DNA of 63,448 bases, the filler included, from Asterionella formosa (lineage: Eukaryota): the NCBI GenBank assembly GCA_002256025.1. It is 10 parts of 10 records of this genome, joined end to end, with 100 filler letters (N's around TTAATTAATTAA, not from the genome) between each part and the next. Parts side by side here need not be neighbours in the genome. Positions count along the whole stretch, not along the records: positions 41,588 to 59,764 come from NKIB01004149.1; positions 59,865 to 60,992 come from NKIB01004150.1; positions 61,093 to 62,220 come from NKIB01004151.1; 7 more parts are not named here. One strand, 5' to 3'. Positions 49,475-61,962 of the stretch are shown here, one piece after another. The first letter of the stretch is position 1. Each line of letters starts with the position of its first letter. Made by a program: the position numbers and the translations under genes. The notes under the pieces are model-generated. The model saw only the letters and a list, made by a program, of their open reading frames with translations, made no database searches and had not been told where the DNA came from.

Positions 49475-50341
49475 AGATTTCCCTTATAATGGACCTAAGT
49501 AAATTGCATTTCCATAATTGTTAACATTATGTTGCCATTGCAATAATGTCAAGACAACACCATACTGTGCATATTTACCTTCTTCTTGTTTACCATTATT
49601 GGAAAACAAGCTTTCCCCATGACTGCAAGTTCTGTCATTTGCATATTGGACATGAATGCTACAAGTTGATTCAGCACCAGCATTCGAATTTTGGTAAACA
49701 ATAGATTGTCTTGGTTCCAAATGTCGAATTCACAAGCAATTACTTGAAGGCAGTTGTTCCATGATGCGTCGAAAATTGCAGCATTGTCACTTGTTTTTGC
49801 ATTGAAACTGTTGATTGCCAATGTAAGAACTACATGAAGTCTTTTATGTTGACGAGTCCATTTTGAACCAAAGATTCGTACTCCACTGGTAGCAAGGGAT
49901 GCAAAATTAAGATCCCGTTGTGCACACCATGGTGCCCATCCAACAACTGCCAATAATCAACAATATATCCAACCAGGAACTCTCCAAATGCAGTAAGAAT
50001 TGATAGCTGCTCAGCACTCCACCACCGGACGAAATATTTCTGATGGTTGGCAATTGCTGTATCGAAGATCGCCCCTAGTGATATTCGACTAACATTTTAT
50101 TCTATAGAATTATGCGAAAAGTTCATCGATTTCTGGTAAGTGAAGCATGATAAAATGGGACTGCAGTGTTGAGGTATAACGAAAACATGGCTAACAAGCG
50201 AATAATTCCTTCTCGTTGTTAGTATGATTACGAAATCAAAATGGATAAATCAGGACCGGAATAGCGTACTTGAATTCAGAATCGGATCAAAAGGAAATGG
50301 GATTTGCAGCAAGTAGTCAGACAAGTTTCAGAATTAGAGTG

Positions 50342-50485
50342 GAAGGGAGGCGGAAGGTATGCATCCTCAAGAGCATTGAAGGGAAGCGGGAGTCATGCAT
50401 CAAGAGAATTGAAGGGAGGCGGGGGGAGGCGTGCATCCTCAAGAGCGTTGCAAGGAGGCGGTAGGCATGCATTGTCAAGAGCATT
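50342..50485. repeat. Four-copy 33-39-bp minisatellite
   Basis: Units of the GAAGGGAGGCGG...TGCATCCTCAAGAGCATT type, of 36, 33, 39 and 36 bp. Confidence 0.85.
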
Positions 50486-50529
50486 GAGACATTAGAAAAG
50501 GGGAACATTGGCTGTTAAAACTCACAAAG

Positions 50530-50846
50530 TGTAGAAACATAAAAATTATTTCATGATATAACAGGAAAAATAACAATCCATTTCAACCGATTTTTAACAG
50601 TTTTTTAAATTAGAGTTACCATCATGTAAGGATAGATATATGATGAAAGAATGTACATCATAAAATAATGTTTTGATACTAATTATATGGTGTTTTGATC
50701 ATTATAAGTATGCTTAACCTGTTCACTTTCATAGTATGCATTTATCATGCATATAACGAAATATGTATCATGCAGAGAAAAATTCTGTGCCAGTTATTGT
50801 CTGATACCCTTGATCTTACAAGTAAGATACTTTTTATTCGCAGACA
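50530..50846 (-). repeat. Diverged copy of the CGTCTGCAAATAAAAA transposon end
   Basis: TTCTGTGCCAGTT...GATACCCTTGATCTTA...GATACTTTTTATTCGCAGAC; the upstream part resembles 31570-31900. Confidence 0.7.
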
Positions 50847-51299
50847 TCGGAATTGGATCTCGACTCCTGCAGTTGGATTGAATGAACCAATGGCAGTGAA
50901 TGGCAACCATATGACACTTGATTTCAACAACAAGAATGCCCTTTCTGTACCACTTTCTCTGTCATGGATCAACCCACCAGTTATAACATTTTATACAACT
51001 CTTATTACCTTCCTACCAATACTGACAGCCACAACATCTCCCATACCTCCAGCTTAGATCACCAATCCACCATTGACCCTGTCAGCCTGGCTTGGCGAAA
51101 GACTCTCCAAAGCTCCACCCAACTAACAATGAGATTACCCAATGTATTCGGACCAGACAAGCGCATTTGATTCATTAGCACCTCTGGGCACCGGTGTTTA
51201 CTGACACCCTATTCAATGAAGTTACGAGTGTCAGGGCAATACATGCGCCCAGCTCTTTGTCTCTGAAAAACGCCAAGCCAGAATTTTTCCCATTTCTAT

Positions 51300-51813
51300 T
51301 GGTGATCCAAATTGTAGATGTTTCCACCCATGATCAGCTGGCAGATATTTTGATGAAGCTACTTCCATTATAGGCAGCTTTGTTCCAAAAGCATGGTATG
51401 AAATTGCAAATATGGTGATTTGTTGGGCCACTGTGAGAATATGTATTATTCGAGAATATTCGAACATAAGAAAACATGATGCATTGTGACATCACAAAAT
51501 ACTGGGATTCACTGCACAGAAGTCTTGGGATTCACTACAGAGCATTGCGATTCACAGCACAACGTTGTGATGTGAATCATTGACTGATCAGTTCAGAGTG
51601 CTCATAATAAATAAAATAGATCAGAATCTATTTGCTGACAATGTACAGCTATTATCAAAATTCAACTTAGCCTCAATTAGCTAAGGTTGATTCCCACAAA
51701 CTCACTCTTTTATAATTTCACCTTTTATAGACTTTACCTTGTTACGCTTTCACCGATTAAACAATAATCCCTTGTCCTTTTCATTTGTCATCTCTTTCAG
51801 CAAGATCACAACA
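51300..51813 (+). mobile_element. Ty1/Copia relic: end of RNase H plus putative 3' LTR
   Basis: IVDVSTHDQLADILMKLLP (ADIFTKPL type) followed by a stop, then a TG...CA-bounded segment at about 51442-51813 containing AATAAA. Confidence 0.55.
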
Positions 51814-52475
51814 TGTATACATGAAAAATCCTTTGACTCAACCATGGCAGGGTTTCAAATTAAGAAATGATTGAAGGTCCTCAGAGCACAAATCGGTTTT
51901 TTATTAGGGAATGGCCAGCAGCCAATATCAAGTCTACCTTGTTGCATGGGCCATGGGGCATAATGTTGACAACAAAAAATGTTCCTCTACATTCTAGTAG
52001 TAGAGATAAGGGATGAGAAGTTGCAATAAACGCCAGACATGACGGCCATGACTAGATCAACCACAACGGAAGCAATATGTTGTAGGTGAAAGGTGGCAGA
52101 ATTAAACTATCCACACTCTCACCATTTGCAGCTTCGTATAGCGTGGTGCAACAGCCACAGGAAAATATTTGATATCTAATAACATTCTTCAGAAAGTTTG
52201 TTTTGTTCGTTTACTCACGACTATTTGTCGATAAGGGACTTCGACCCAGGAAACGTCTTCATTGAGTTTTCATCAGTTTCAATCTAGATGTCTCACTGCT
52301 GTGTTGATCCTTCTTGCTTCTGGCATATGGAATCAGCAGTGTACAATACAAAGCAAACGAGTATACACCAACGCATGAACCCTTTAACAATGCCAGCACT
52401 ATATAGGAGCGTACTGCAAACATCTGAACAAAATGTGGCAGCATGGTTGTGCTAATTTCTTTTCCCTAATCCAAA

Positions 52476-54468
52476 CTATGTCAACGATGCTGTTGGTCTC
52501 AATGTCAGCTCTTCATCACCATGAGGAATGCGTCGCTCCTTTAGAGATTGGAATGACCCACTGTCACTTCGGCTCAAGCTCCGACTTACACTTCCTGATT
52601 CCATCGGCACTGACGTGGAATGCTCGCTGTCACGGGTTGGGATTGACATCAAGTGCAATCGGGATCTCCCCTGAGACCCGCCAGCCTCATTTATGTTGGC
52701 GTCGCGTTTACGCTTTCTTTGCAAATACAAAAAGGCTGAAAACAGTAAGAGAGGGGAAATTCCAATCAAAATGACATATGCATAAATTGGAAGTTTGCTT
52801 GCAGTGGGTTGCTCAGTCGGTTGCACAGTTCCTGGAATTGGTGTACTTGTTGGTTTCTCTCCAGGTATTTGCGTTGGGTTCATGGCTGTGGATGGGCTGT
52901 CTGTTGGACTTTCTGTGGGTGCTATTGCAGATCCGTTGATGTAAACAACATTCACAACTCCTTGCACAGAATCTTCCAAGTCACTACTATTTAGGTATGC
53001 TTCAATTTCTGCCAATGCTGTTGACTCAAGCTCATCTGTATTGTTGTAACCATTTTTCAAAAAGAGAGTGATTCCACCTTCAATTAGGGCACAGACATTT
53101 GTTGAACTGTTCAGGCCTCCTGAGCAAGTCTCTGTTGATGACATACATGAGATGGTAAGATAAATGACGCATCATAACCTTCACAAATTGTAGAACAACA
53201 CTCTCACCTGGAACCACTGTATCATTTGGCTGGGAGCTAAAACCCACAACGCCAAATTTATTTTGTAGCCAGCGTTGTCTAATTGCGTAAACCTGAATTT
53301 GCCTTTCTTGTGCTGTATCACACTCACTTTCAAACAGCCCCTTTAGCAGTCCCTTAGCTGTAGTTGTTTCAACAAGAAAAATCATACCTCTTTGAGTTGG
53401 GTCAAAAATGGATGGGTCATATTCAATTTCGTAGTAATATACTACCACCACCTCAATATTTGTCGTTACTCCGGTGTCTCCATTTTGGTCTAGTGTACAT
53501 AACCCAGGTGAGGATATTGGTGACAAAGCAGGCATTGACGTTGGCTCCCTCGTGGCCTTCAATGGCAAAGTTGGACTTTGCGATGGAAACAGTGTGTAGT
53601 TTACTTCTGGTGGAGCCATTGACGAGGGCTTTGATGTGGGACCAATGCTTGGTACAATAACACCAGATTCGGAAGGAATCTGAGATGGGAATGATGTGTA
53701 GTTCGTTTTTGGAGGTGCAATTCCTTGAGAAGGCATTTGTGTGGGACCATTTGGGAAACTACTAGGAGAAGCAGTGGGAGATGACGAAGAAGGAAAGGAA
53801 GTAATGATGGCGTTTGGTGATGATGTGCTCGGTGGGGATGAAGGTATAAGTGATGTTTGGCCAATTGACGGCTCTAGTGTACCTCCTTGAGAGGGAGGTG
53901 ATGATGTGCTCGATGGGGATGAAGATGCAATTAGTGTCGGGCCAAGTGTCGGTTCTACTGCAATTCCTTGAGAAGGAAGATATAATGGAGCTGACGGCAT
54001 CACGGACGGGGATAAATTGTGGGGCTGTGAAGGCATTTGCGAAGGAATCCCTGAATTCGCTGCTATTTTGGAGGGACTGCTGCTTGCTCCTCTCGATGGG
54101 CCCTCTGAAGGCGACGCGGGACTCCGCGACGGCATGAGCATGTATGACGGACTATCTTGTGATGCTGTTGGGGCTACTGGCATTCTCGTTACATCTGTTG
54201 GGTGTATTGGCATCGAAGCATTGATTCCTCTCCATAGAATTTCTTTTTCTATTGGGTCACTTTCGTGTCTGCAGGTTGGATCATTGGGGTTCTCTTGACA
54301 ATAACTCATCCATTGTCGCCATTGTGGCATGTTATCTGAAATCCCGTACCGCCATGAATACATTGATTTGTGTCTTGACATTCGATCTTCGTGCCTCCGC
54401 TCTGTCGCAAGCGCCGGCTCTGATGCTATTGAGACGGCAAATGAAACAGCAAACAGAGATCGCCTCAT
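52476..54468 (-). CDS. Type I membrane protein, about 638 aa, with signal peptide, Pro/Ser/Thr-rich (mucin-like) stalk, Cys-containing ectodomain and TM helix (2 exons)
   Basis: Exon 54468-53208, intron GTGAGA...AACAG 53207-53132, exon 53131-52476 in frame (VVPE-TCSGG). PS/PT repeats, and TM LPIYAYVILIGISPLLLFSAFLYL followed by QRKRKR. Confidence 0.85.
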
Positions 54469-55519
54469 CTTTTGATGTTGTTATGGATGTTGTGGTTGGT
54501 GCATGCCAAAATACCAACGATGGTTGTAATTCCGGTTTTGAGTGATGCTACTGTATTAGTCGATTCTTCACCTTTGCTTACCCTGAAATCAGGTCGAAAC
54601 CTGCAGATTTCGTGGGACTATTGAGACTAGAAACTAATATCAAGTACCTAAACATATCTATACCGAAGTCGTGTGAGCGACGACACTAAGATCGTTCGTG
54701 TAATTGTGTTATGAAATAAGTCAACAAAATTTCAAATTTTGTGTTCATACATGTTATCTTTATTTAAGAGTAGAATTTTTTCAACCGACTTGCTATTTAT
54801 CACTCGGGCGCTGCTGGGTTCAACTGCCGGTACCGGTATAACGATTGCAAGTACCGGTACTGTTATTGTCATTCAGGTATGATGCCTACCGGTAGTATTT
54901 TGTATGTATATATATGTATGGACGTACCCGAATATTTTCATAACTGGTAAATGCAAAGCCGGACCCTAATCGATGTGAATCACGGTTTATATATAAGGCA
55001 ATTTCCGGCGAACGATGTCCTGGAACCTGCTATTGCGTATACAGATACCTGCAGTTGATATTGCATATACCGGTAGTAATTACCAGGTACACCTGGTACC
55101 AGGTACTCGAGTTCTAACATTTTGATACCGGGCGAAAGAATAACAAGAATGTGTATACATTGGGCGGCGTTGAGAAGCTTTTTCAATGATGCATGAAATA
55201 TTTAGGACGGCACAGTCATTTGTTGGGCATATGTGAGAACATTGCTCCATCGCCTGAAAGAAGCCAGAGCGACAATTTTATCCTCCTGATAACGGTTTGA
55301 GATAAAGTTTTAAACATACAGCTGTACGTTTTATACCGACGAAAAGGTGATGTTCGTGAATCCATTTCTAAAAACGCCATGTGTAACTGCATGACACTCG
55401 TTGTGCAATCCTTCCTAGTTACCGGTGAGTCGAGGCACAAAGCGTCAATTTACAGATCAATACCTGTTACTCTGTATGGTACCGAGGGTACCACCTGGTA
55501 CCATGGTACCATAGTACTA

Positions 55520-56045
55520 TTGAAGGTAAGAAGACATGACCGAGGGTGGAGACTCTGCCGGCGAGTATTCTTGTGTTCGCGGCTTGAGGGCGCCACTCAT
55601 TTGGTCAACCTTCTTGCGCCTCCCAACTTGTACAGAAGATTATGAGTATCATATGCAGACTTCTCCCAAGTAGGATCTTAATTAGGCAATTCACAACCAG
55701 GCTATCAGCGCGCTTTTCGCCACTAAATTGCCCTTTCAGTTAAAATTGAAAACCTATTTTAGATAATTTGTATGTTGGATGCGAACTAGCCAAATGCCTT
55801 TCATATAAACAGATACTGTATATTTCATATGTTCAGTTATTGGATTACTCAATCCTGCAATGCCCTTCATATAAAACATATTCGGTGTATTTCATCTGCA
55901 CCGTCTTTGGACTGCCAAACTACCTTCAATGTTTTCAATAACCACTAGATTTGCCTGCTGCCAAACCAAAATGGACTCCCTTTTATGTAAGGGAAATAGA
56001 TTACTAATATCTGTTGCTTGCCCCCCCCACCTTGGACTACTGTTT
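55520..56045 (+). repeat. Diverged family C end (GC-rich head plus subterminal block)
   Basis: GGGCGCCACTCATTTGGTCAACCT compares with GGGCGCCACTCGTATGGTCAACCT at about 58870, followed by TTGCCCTTCATATAAAACATAT and GGACTGCCAAACTACC blocks. Confidence 0.7.
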
Positions 56046-56601
56046 ATTATATAAATTCAAATCGATTGGCTATTTTGCATTGATAAGAAACCTGCCTTTA
56101 GTATACACGCATCATGTATAGTTAATTTTCAGATGAATGGATCAAACGGCACGCTTCTGGTCAATAAAGCACTCTTATTCTTACTATAAATTAATTTTTC
56201 GATTTACGATCTAAAGAAAGAAATCGTTTGCTAAAGAAAGAAATCGTTTGATCAAATCAATTATTCATTGATCTAACTTTGGAATGCTGTGATCAAATTG
56301 TATTTAAGTTTTCGATCTAATGTTTAATTCTACTGATTTAACGAATTCCTGCTATTATCATGTTCGATCAATAATGAACACAAATCAAATCAATGGACTG
56401 CTATTTATTACTCTTTATTATACTTCTGGTAACACATACTTTCCACTGTGCATAATCTAACCAAATGACCACACTATCGTCTTCAATACCTTAATTTCAC
56501 TTCCGGTAGCGATGTTTGTTTAGATCATTGCTTATTTAAAATGAAATGAGAGAGTATGAAGCGAAATTGATGACGCTCTATTTAAAATTCTACCATTGAT
56601 T

Positions 56602-57030
56602 ATGGCAGCAAGTCAGCCACATTCTCCAAGGCTATTGTATCATTTCCTTTAGGAGATAATAACAATGTTAGCAAAAGTGTTGCATCATGTAAGCCATCTT
56701 CACATATGTGAAACGAAACAATCGCATGAACAATCAAAATAATTCCGCGCTCTAATTGACATATGAGCAGGCAATGTGCAAATAACTTACCTCTGCTCTC
56801 ATGGTTGATTGTTGCTACCATTAAGGATGGCAGCAAGTCACATTCTCCAATGTTCCTGTATCATTTTGAGGAGATAATAACAATGTTGGCAAAAGTGTTG
56901 CAATGACTAAAGCATCTCCAGCTACATTATGTGCAACGAAATGATGACCTAAACAATCCAAATAACTTTGCGTTCCAAGAGACATGATGAGCAATAAATG
57001 AGCATACAGTATAGTAACTTACCTCTGCTC
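56602..57030. repeat. Diverged tandem duplication, period about 225 bp, each unit with a minus-strand GTAAGT donor
   Basis: ATGGCAGCAAGTCA...CATTCTCCAA...GGAGATAATAACAATGTT.GCAAAAGTGTTGCA and AACTTACCTCTGCTCTCA each occur twice. Confidence 0.8.
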
Positions 57031-57689
57031 TCACTGTTGTCTGATAGGTGACAGGTTATCGTTGTTAATTCTCACATCTGCATGTATGGAAGAGAAAGAT
57101 TTTATTAATGTCGAAATCCTAATGAATGCAAACGGACCTTACAAACCCTCTGCAGCATTGCTGTGTATTAACATTTCAAGAGCGGTTTCTTACCTTGTAT
57201 CGATTGCCTGTGTGCAAATAGAAAGAGAATAGACAAATTCTACCGGTAATACATGAAATACATCATATCATGTAGAGCATTCAAATCGGAATGGCGACAA
57301 GGAACGCACCGTTGCACAGAATTCATTCTGAAACCATCTGGTACAAGTTTTACATACACGTAAGGTGATCTGTGTAAAGTCAAAACTTTCGATAGAAATT
57401 CAATTGATCAAAGTGCAGAATTTGTTGATCAATCAAAAATTCAATCAATATAACAAAATTTTTGCTTAATCAATAAGTTTTGGAACATACGATAAACAAG
57501 TTTTTATTTATGCATAACCTGACGTGAGTAGTAAGATTATAACCTGAGATACAAATTTAATTGATCACACAGAAACGGTTGTTGATTTATCAAATTTATT
57601 ATTAAAATAACAAAAATTTCGTTTAATCAATGACTTTTTTGACATATACTGAGTAAAACGTTTGATCTAATGGAAAATTTATTCTCAGA

Positions 57690-58815
57690 GGATATGTTCA
57701 GATTTTGGATTACTCAATCCTGAAATTGCCCTTCAGATAAAACATATTTTGTGTATTTCATAGGCTACGTTTTGGACTGCCAAACTAAGTTCAAAATGTT
57801 CAATTCAATAGCCCCTAGATTTGCCTGCCGAAATGGACTGCTGTTTATTTAAAGGAAATGGATTACTGACATCTATTGACCCCCTATGGACTGCCGTTTA
57901 CTTAAGGAAAATCGACAGCCGAAATTGGAAGAGAGTAGGATGAGCTACGTGAAGGCACGAAATGATGTCTTCTGTAATGTGTCGATGGCGATTCCAGTAT
58001 TTACATCCCTGCTGTCTTGGTGTAGCAGACTCCGATCTATGCAAACTCTGATCATTTATTTCTCAAGTACAAACTCTTCAACAAATGGATGTGGCTGGTT
58101 GTTGGATGATTCGACTCTTGGTGACACTTGCTTCTTTGCGCCGCAGTGGCGCCAAAAGTTAGGTTTTTTCGTCAGATATGACCAGCCATTAAATTTTAAC
58201 AACAATGCTTTGGTAAATTCTCTACGTGTCCTACAATATCTCAAATCAGATCTCGGCAGCAAGTTTTAGTGCTTAATTGCTGGCTACTTTCACAGTTGTT
58301 GTGATGGACAACAATCTGAGAAAACTTCTTCTTTGGAGTTTTAGTTTTAGCTCATAACAGGTGAAGTGTGAAATCTGTTTTCAACTTCAGTTTGGAGTTT
58401 TAAAATGGAAGACAAGTCAAGTTATCACCAAAGCTAGCAATACAAATAGTTGGATGAGTAAGCTTGCAGCTATTAATGTAAATTGGAAAGTACTTTAACA
58501 AGAAACTTCATCTCAAATCTTTCGATGCTTATTTCAATCATTCTTGTGTGATCATTTTTCATGCATATACCGGTATTTTGTGGTCCACCATGCATTTTTG
58601 ATGTGGCATCTATTGCTTGATTTTTATCAAAGCTTTTTCCCATGAAAATTCAACTCCTGACGTTGCTCGATGATCCCTGCTCACACCTAAAATTGGACTG
58701 CCGAAAAAACTGTGCCCCTTCATTGCCCCTAAAAATAAATTACTTAGATATATCAAAAATAACTTAGACACCCACAGTTCTCATCGAAAATGAAGACGAT
58801 TTAGCTAGGGTAGGG
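57690..58815 (+). mobile_element. Family C copy (subterminal block, internal segment, opposite end)
   Basis: 57700-57910 matches the family C block. 58690-58750 resembles the reverse complement of 45255-45310. Confidence 0.5.
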
Positions 58816-58816
58816 A

Positions 58817-59764
58817 TTGCTGAAGGCAATACACGCCCGAGGTGGTCTCTTGCCTTCTCGCAGCGCCAGGGGCGCCACTCGTATGGTCAACCTACTCACG
58901 CCGCCCAGCCTCGAACACATGTATACGAGAAGGCAAGTAGCCGCCGAGAAGGGTATTGTTGAGGCCATTCCCGCTCCAGCTATCGTCGCGTCATTCGCTC
59001 ACCTACTGCCCACAAATTTAGCATAAATGTCAATTTTAGCCTACTATTGCCCATCATATAAAATATATTTTGTATATTTCCTATCTTCACCTCGAAAATT
59101 CCCAAAGGTCCGATATTGCCCATCATTTAAATATATTTTCTATATTTCATATGTTCGCATTTTGGCAAGACAACAGACGCCAATTGCCCCTCGGTTTTCC
59201 AGCCCTGGGATTGCCGAAATCGGCAAGGGGTCTACTTAAGGAAACCATTTTATATACTATACAGATTCTAATAATGTATATCTAGAATTCACCTCGTTTT
59301 TGTTCGTCTCCTGAAAAGTGGACTCCGGCAATTCACCTTTCACCATGCCAATCGTCGTCCATCATGACCGGTTTGAAGCGAAATCAGTTCTGCGATGACG
59401 CCAGTAGCGATTCTTTGCCTAACGGATGCGTTTGATTGTTGGATTGCTTGTCTTCTCGAGGTATTCATGTAGTCGCATCGTCCATATTTCGTCGGACGAA
59501 CGATGATATCGATACATCTGATGTTGGTGGTAAGTTTTTGCTCTGGTCATGTATGTAATGATGCATAACGGATATTCTACCAGTACCGGCAGTCATCTAG
59601 TCTACATACGTACGTGGTACTAAAAACAACCATGCATGGTTTAAGCTATGCTTTAACGCTTACTTTGAACACGTTATAATATTATCTCTGTAGACTCGGT
59701 ATTATTTTTACGAGACCTGAAATGTTGAATTATATCGTTCACATATTCATTGATTTTACGTACC
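58817..59764 (+). mobile_element. Family C copy (recent; truncated by contig end)
   Basis: Near-identical to the reverse complement of 46325-46970, with an extra ~55 bp in the GC-rich head and an extra ~250 bp at about 59281-59531. Confidence 0.8.
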
Positions 59765-59864
59765 NNNNNNNNNNNNNNNNNNNNNNNNNNNNNNNNNNNN
59801 NNNNNNNNTTAATTAATTAANNNNNNNNNNNNNNNNNNNNNNNNNNNNNNNNNNNNNNNNNNNN
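59765..59864. other. Artificial contig linker
   Basis: N44-TTAATTAATTAA-N44. Confidence 0.97.
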
Positions 59865-60064
59865 ACAGCAACGCACTGATGCTGTTGATGAAATGCCAAT
59901 GGCTGCGATTACCGGTATACAGAAATAGTATCGAATGGATTCCATTCGTCGCCATTTTGATGGTGCTCGTTTGCTAGCTATGTAGTAATCAGGATTGACA
60001 TGAAACGTGATACCAATAGTATATAAATAATTTGATGATTACCTTTATGGTATCCGCCGATTCA

Positions 60065-60135
60065 GCACTAATGGTGTAGTGGTAACATAAACGCCTTCCA
60101 AGCGTTTGCCCTGGGTTCGATTCCCGGTTGGTGCA
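60065..60135 (+). tRNA. tRNA-Gly (anticodon TCC)
   Basis: 71-nt cloverleaf: acceptor GCACTAA/TTGGTGC, D-arm with TGG, anticodon stem AACGC-CTTCCAA-GCGTT and T-loop GGTTCGATTCC. No encoded CCA; a T5 run lies about 10 nt downstream (Pol III terminator). Confidence 0.96.
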
Positions 60136-60992
60136 ACATAAAATTTTTGCCATTTTCTGCCGGCGTGTTGGTTGGCTCAATGTTATTGCTATTTATTTGT
60201 TTACAACTAATGTGGCTAGGACTTGTTATTTTGCGAAAAAATTTAGCTAATAGTAAATCTGATGGACTGCTACTTGTGTTCTTTTCTCCTGTTTCACTTG
60301 TTGTCCTTGCTATCACATCTTCCTATGGTTTTTTTGAAATAATTGTCATGAATTCATCCACTGCCTAGCCTTCTTTGAACAAGCAATCCTACTTCTGCTG
60401 CTCTCTTCTTTTATTGCACTGGTTGCTGCACTGCTAGCTTGTTCATTGCCATTTCTACCTCCTAGTAGCACATTCCATTTTTTGCCCTTGCTTTTTTCAT
60501 TTTTCATAGTGAGTGTCCGGTATAGTATTTTTATGGTACCTGGTACCAGCTACCAGGTAGTATGTCGTATGTGTAGAGTCCTTTGGGTGTTTGGAACTCG
60601 CCGTGTTTGAGCACCTGTACGTATGTTCAACTGCCTCTACCGGTATATTCATTATGTACCATCTGTACCAAACCAAGGCGGCCCCAAAATTCTGTCATTG
60701 ATATCATTATCATTTGATCATTTCATCCAATCGCTTCGCTTTTGTTTGTGGCTGTTGCTTCCTTGTTTGTTTCTATTGTCTCTTCCTTTCAAAATCACCC
60801 GCCATTCTAGCATGACAATCACAAGCACCAAAGTGAATGCCACAGCAGATGCTGCAGATGAAGCTGGAGGAGAATCTATTTACTGTAGTGATGGATTACC
60901 ACCATTGCCTTGTCCTCCTGTGCCTGCCTCGGTCGCACGAATGGATAACGAGGAGCTCTTGTTGGATTCAACAACGACGAATGATAGTGCTA

Positions 60993-61092
60993 NNNNNNNN
61001 NNNNNNNNNNNNNNNNNNNNNNNNNNNNNNNNNNNNTTAATTAATTAANNNNNNNNNNNNNNNNNNNNNNNNNNNNNNNNNNNNNNNNNNNN
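60993..61092. other. Artificial contig linker
   Basis: N44-TTAATTAATTAA-N44. Confidence 0.97.
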
Positions 61093-61962
61093 TCATGCCT
61101 CTGGCAGCATTGATCCATTCTTTCCATCACTGCTGTAAAAGAAAAGGTTCTTTGTCTGCTTTCGTGACAACAGCAAGCAGCAATTCTTATTCAGGTATCG
61201 AATGGTGCTGAATCGTCAACTACAGTGAGGCACTCGGTGTCTTCCTTTAGCTCAACAAGAAGTGATTTTCTTGTCCAACACAAGAATGATGAAAGCCAAT
61301 GATGGCGAAGGAAAATTGAGGCATGATGGGCCGAAATGTCTCGGCTACTACATTTATGAACGTAGGAGAATTGCATCCCTTCGTCCGTCATCATGTGTCC
61401 ACATGGTCATGCTCCTCCAGATGCGCATGCCTGATGATAACGGGACCTTGTCCTGTACTGTACAGTACCAGCAAGTTGCGGTATTTTTGCAGGACAGGCG
61501 ATCAAAATTATTAAATAGAGAACGTCATCAATCGACAGGATCATGACTTGTTAGTGATGTAAATAATTATTTCGTATAAACGCAGAAAAGTCAAAACGAG
61601 GCACATTGCTTGAAAAAGAAAATGACAATGACCGGGGCAATAGAGGGGCCGCCCAAGGCAAGTAAGCAAAAGTACCGGAAGCAAAGTAAAAAAAGTGAGC
61701 AATAATTGCTTACTTTGCTTACCTTATCCTCTCCAAACTGAAAGTCGTTCTCCTTTGTTAAATTGTCTACCGGTAGTTGAAATATCACAGATCTTACTTT
61801 TAAGATCTCTAAAGCTGAAAACGTATTTTCACTTTACACTTTGTAATATTGTGAGCTTTCTGTTAATAGTCTATCTAGTCTTGTTCTTGCCTGATTACTC
61901 ATGTAATCCCGAACAAGACTTCTCACACTTTCCTTGATCCCGTCAAAATGATCTTGCTTACT

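Noticed and set aside
60812..60992. Start of a CDS (MTITSTKV...) at a contig end
   Set aside because: Too short and truncated to support a call.
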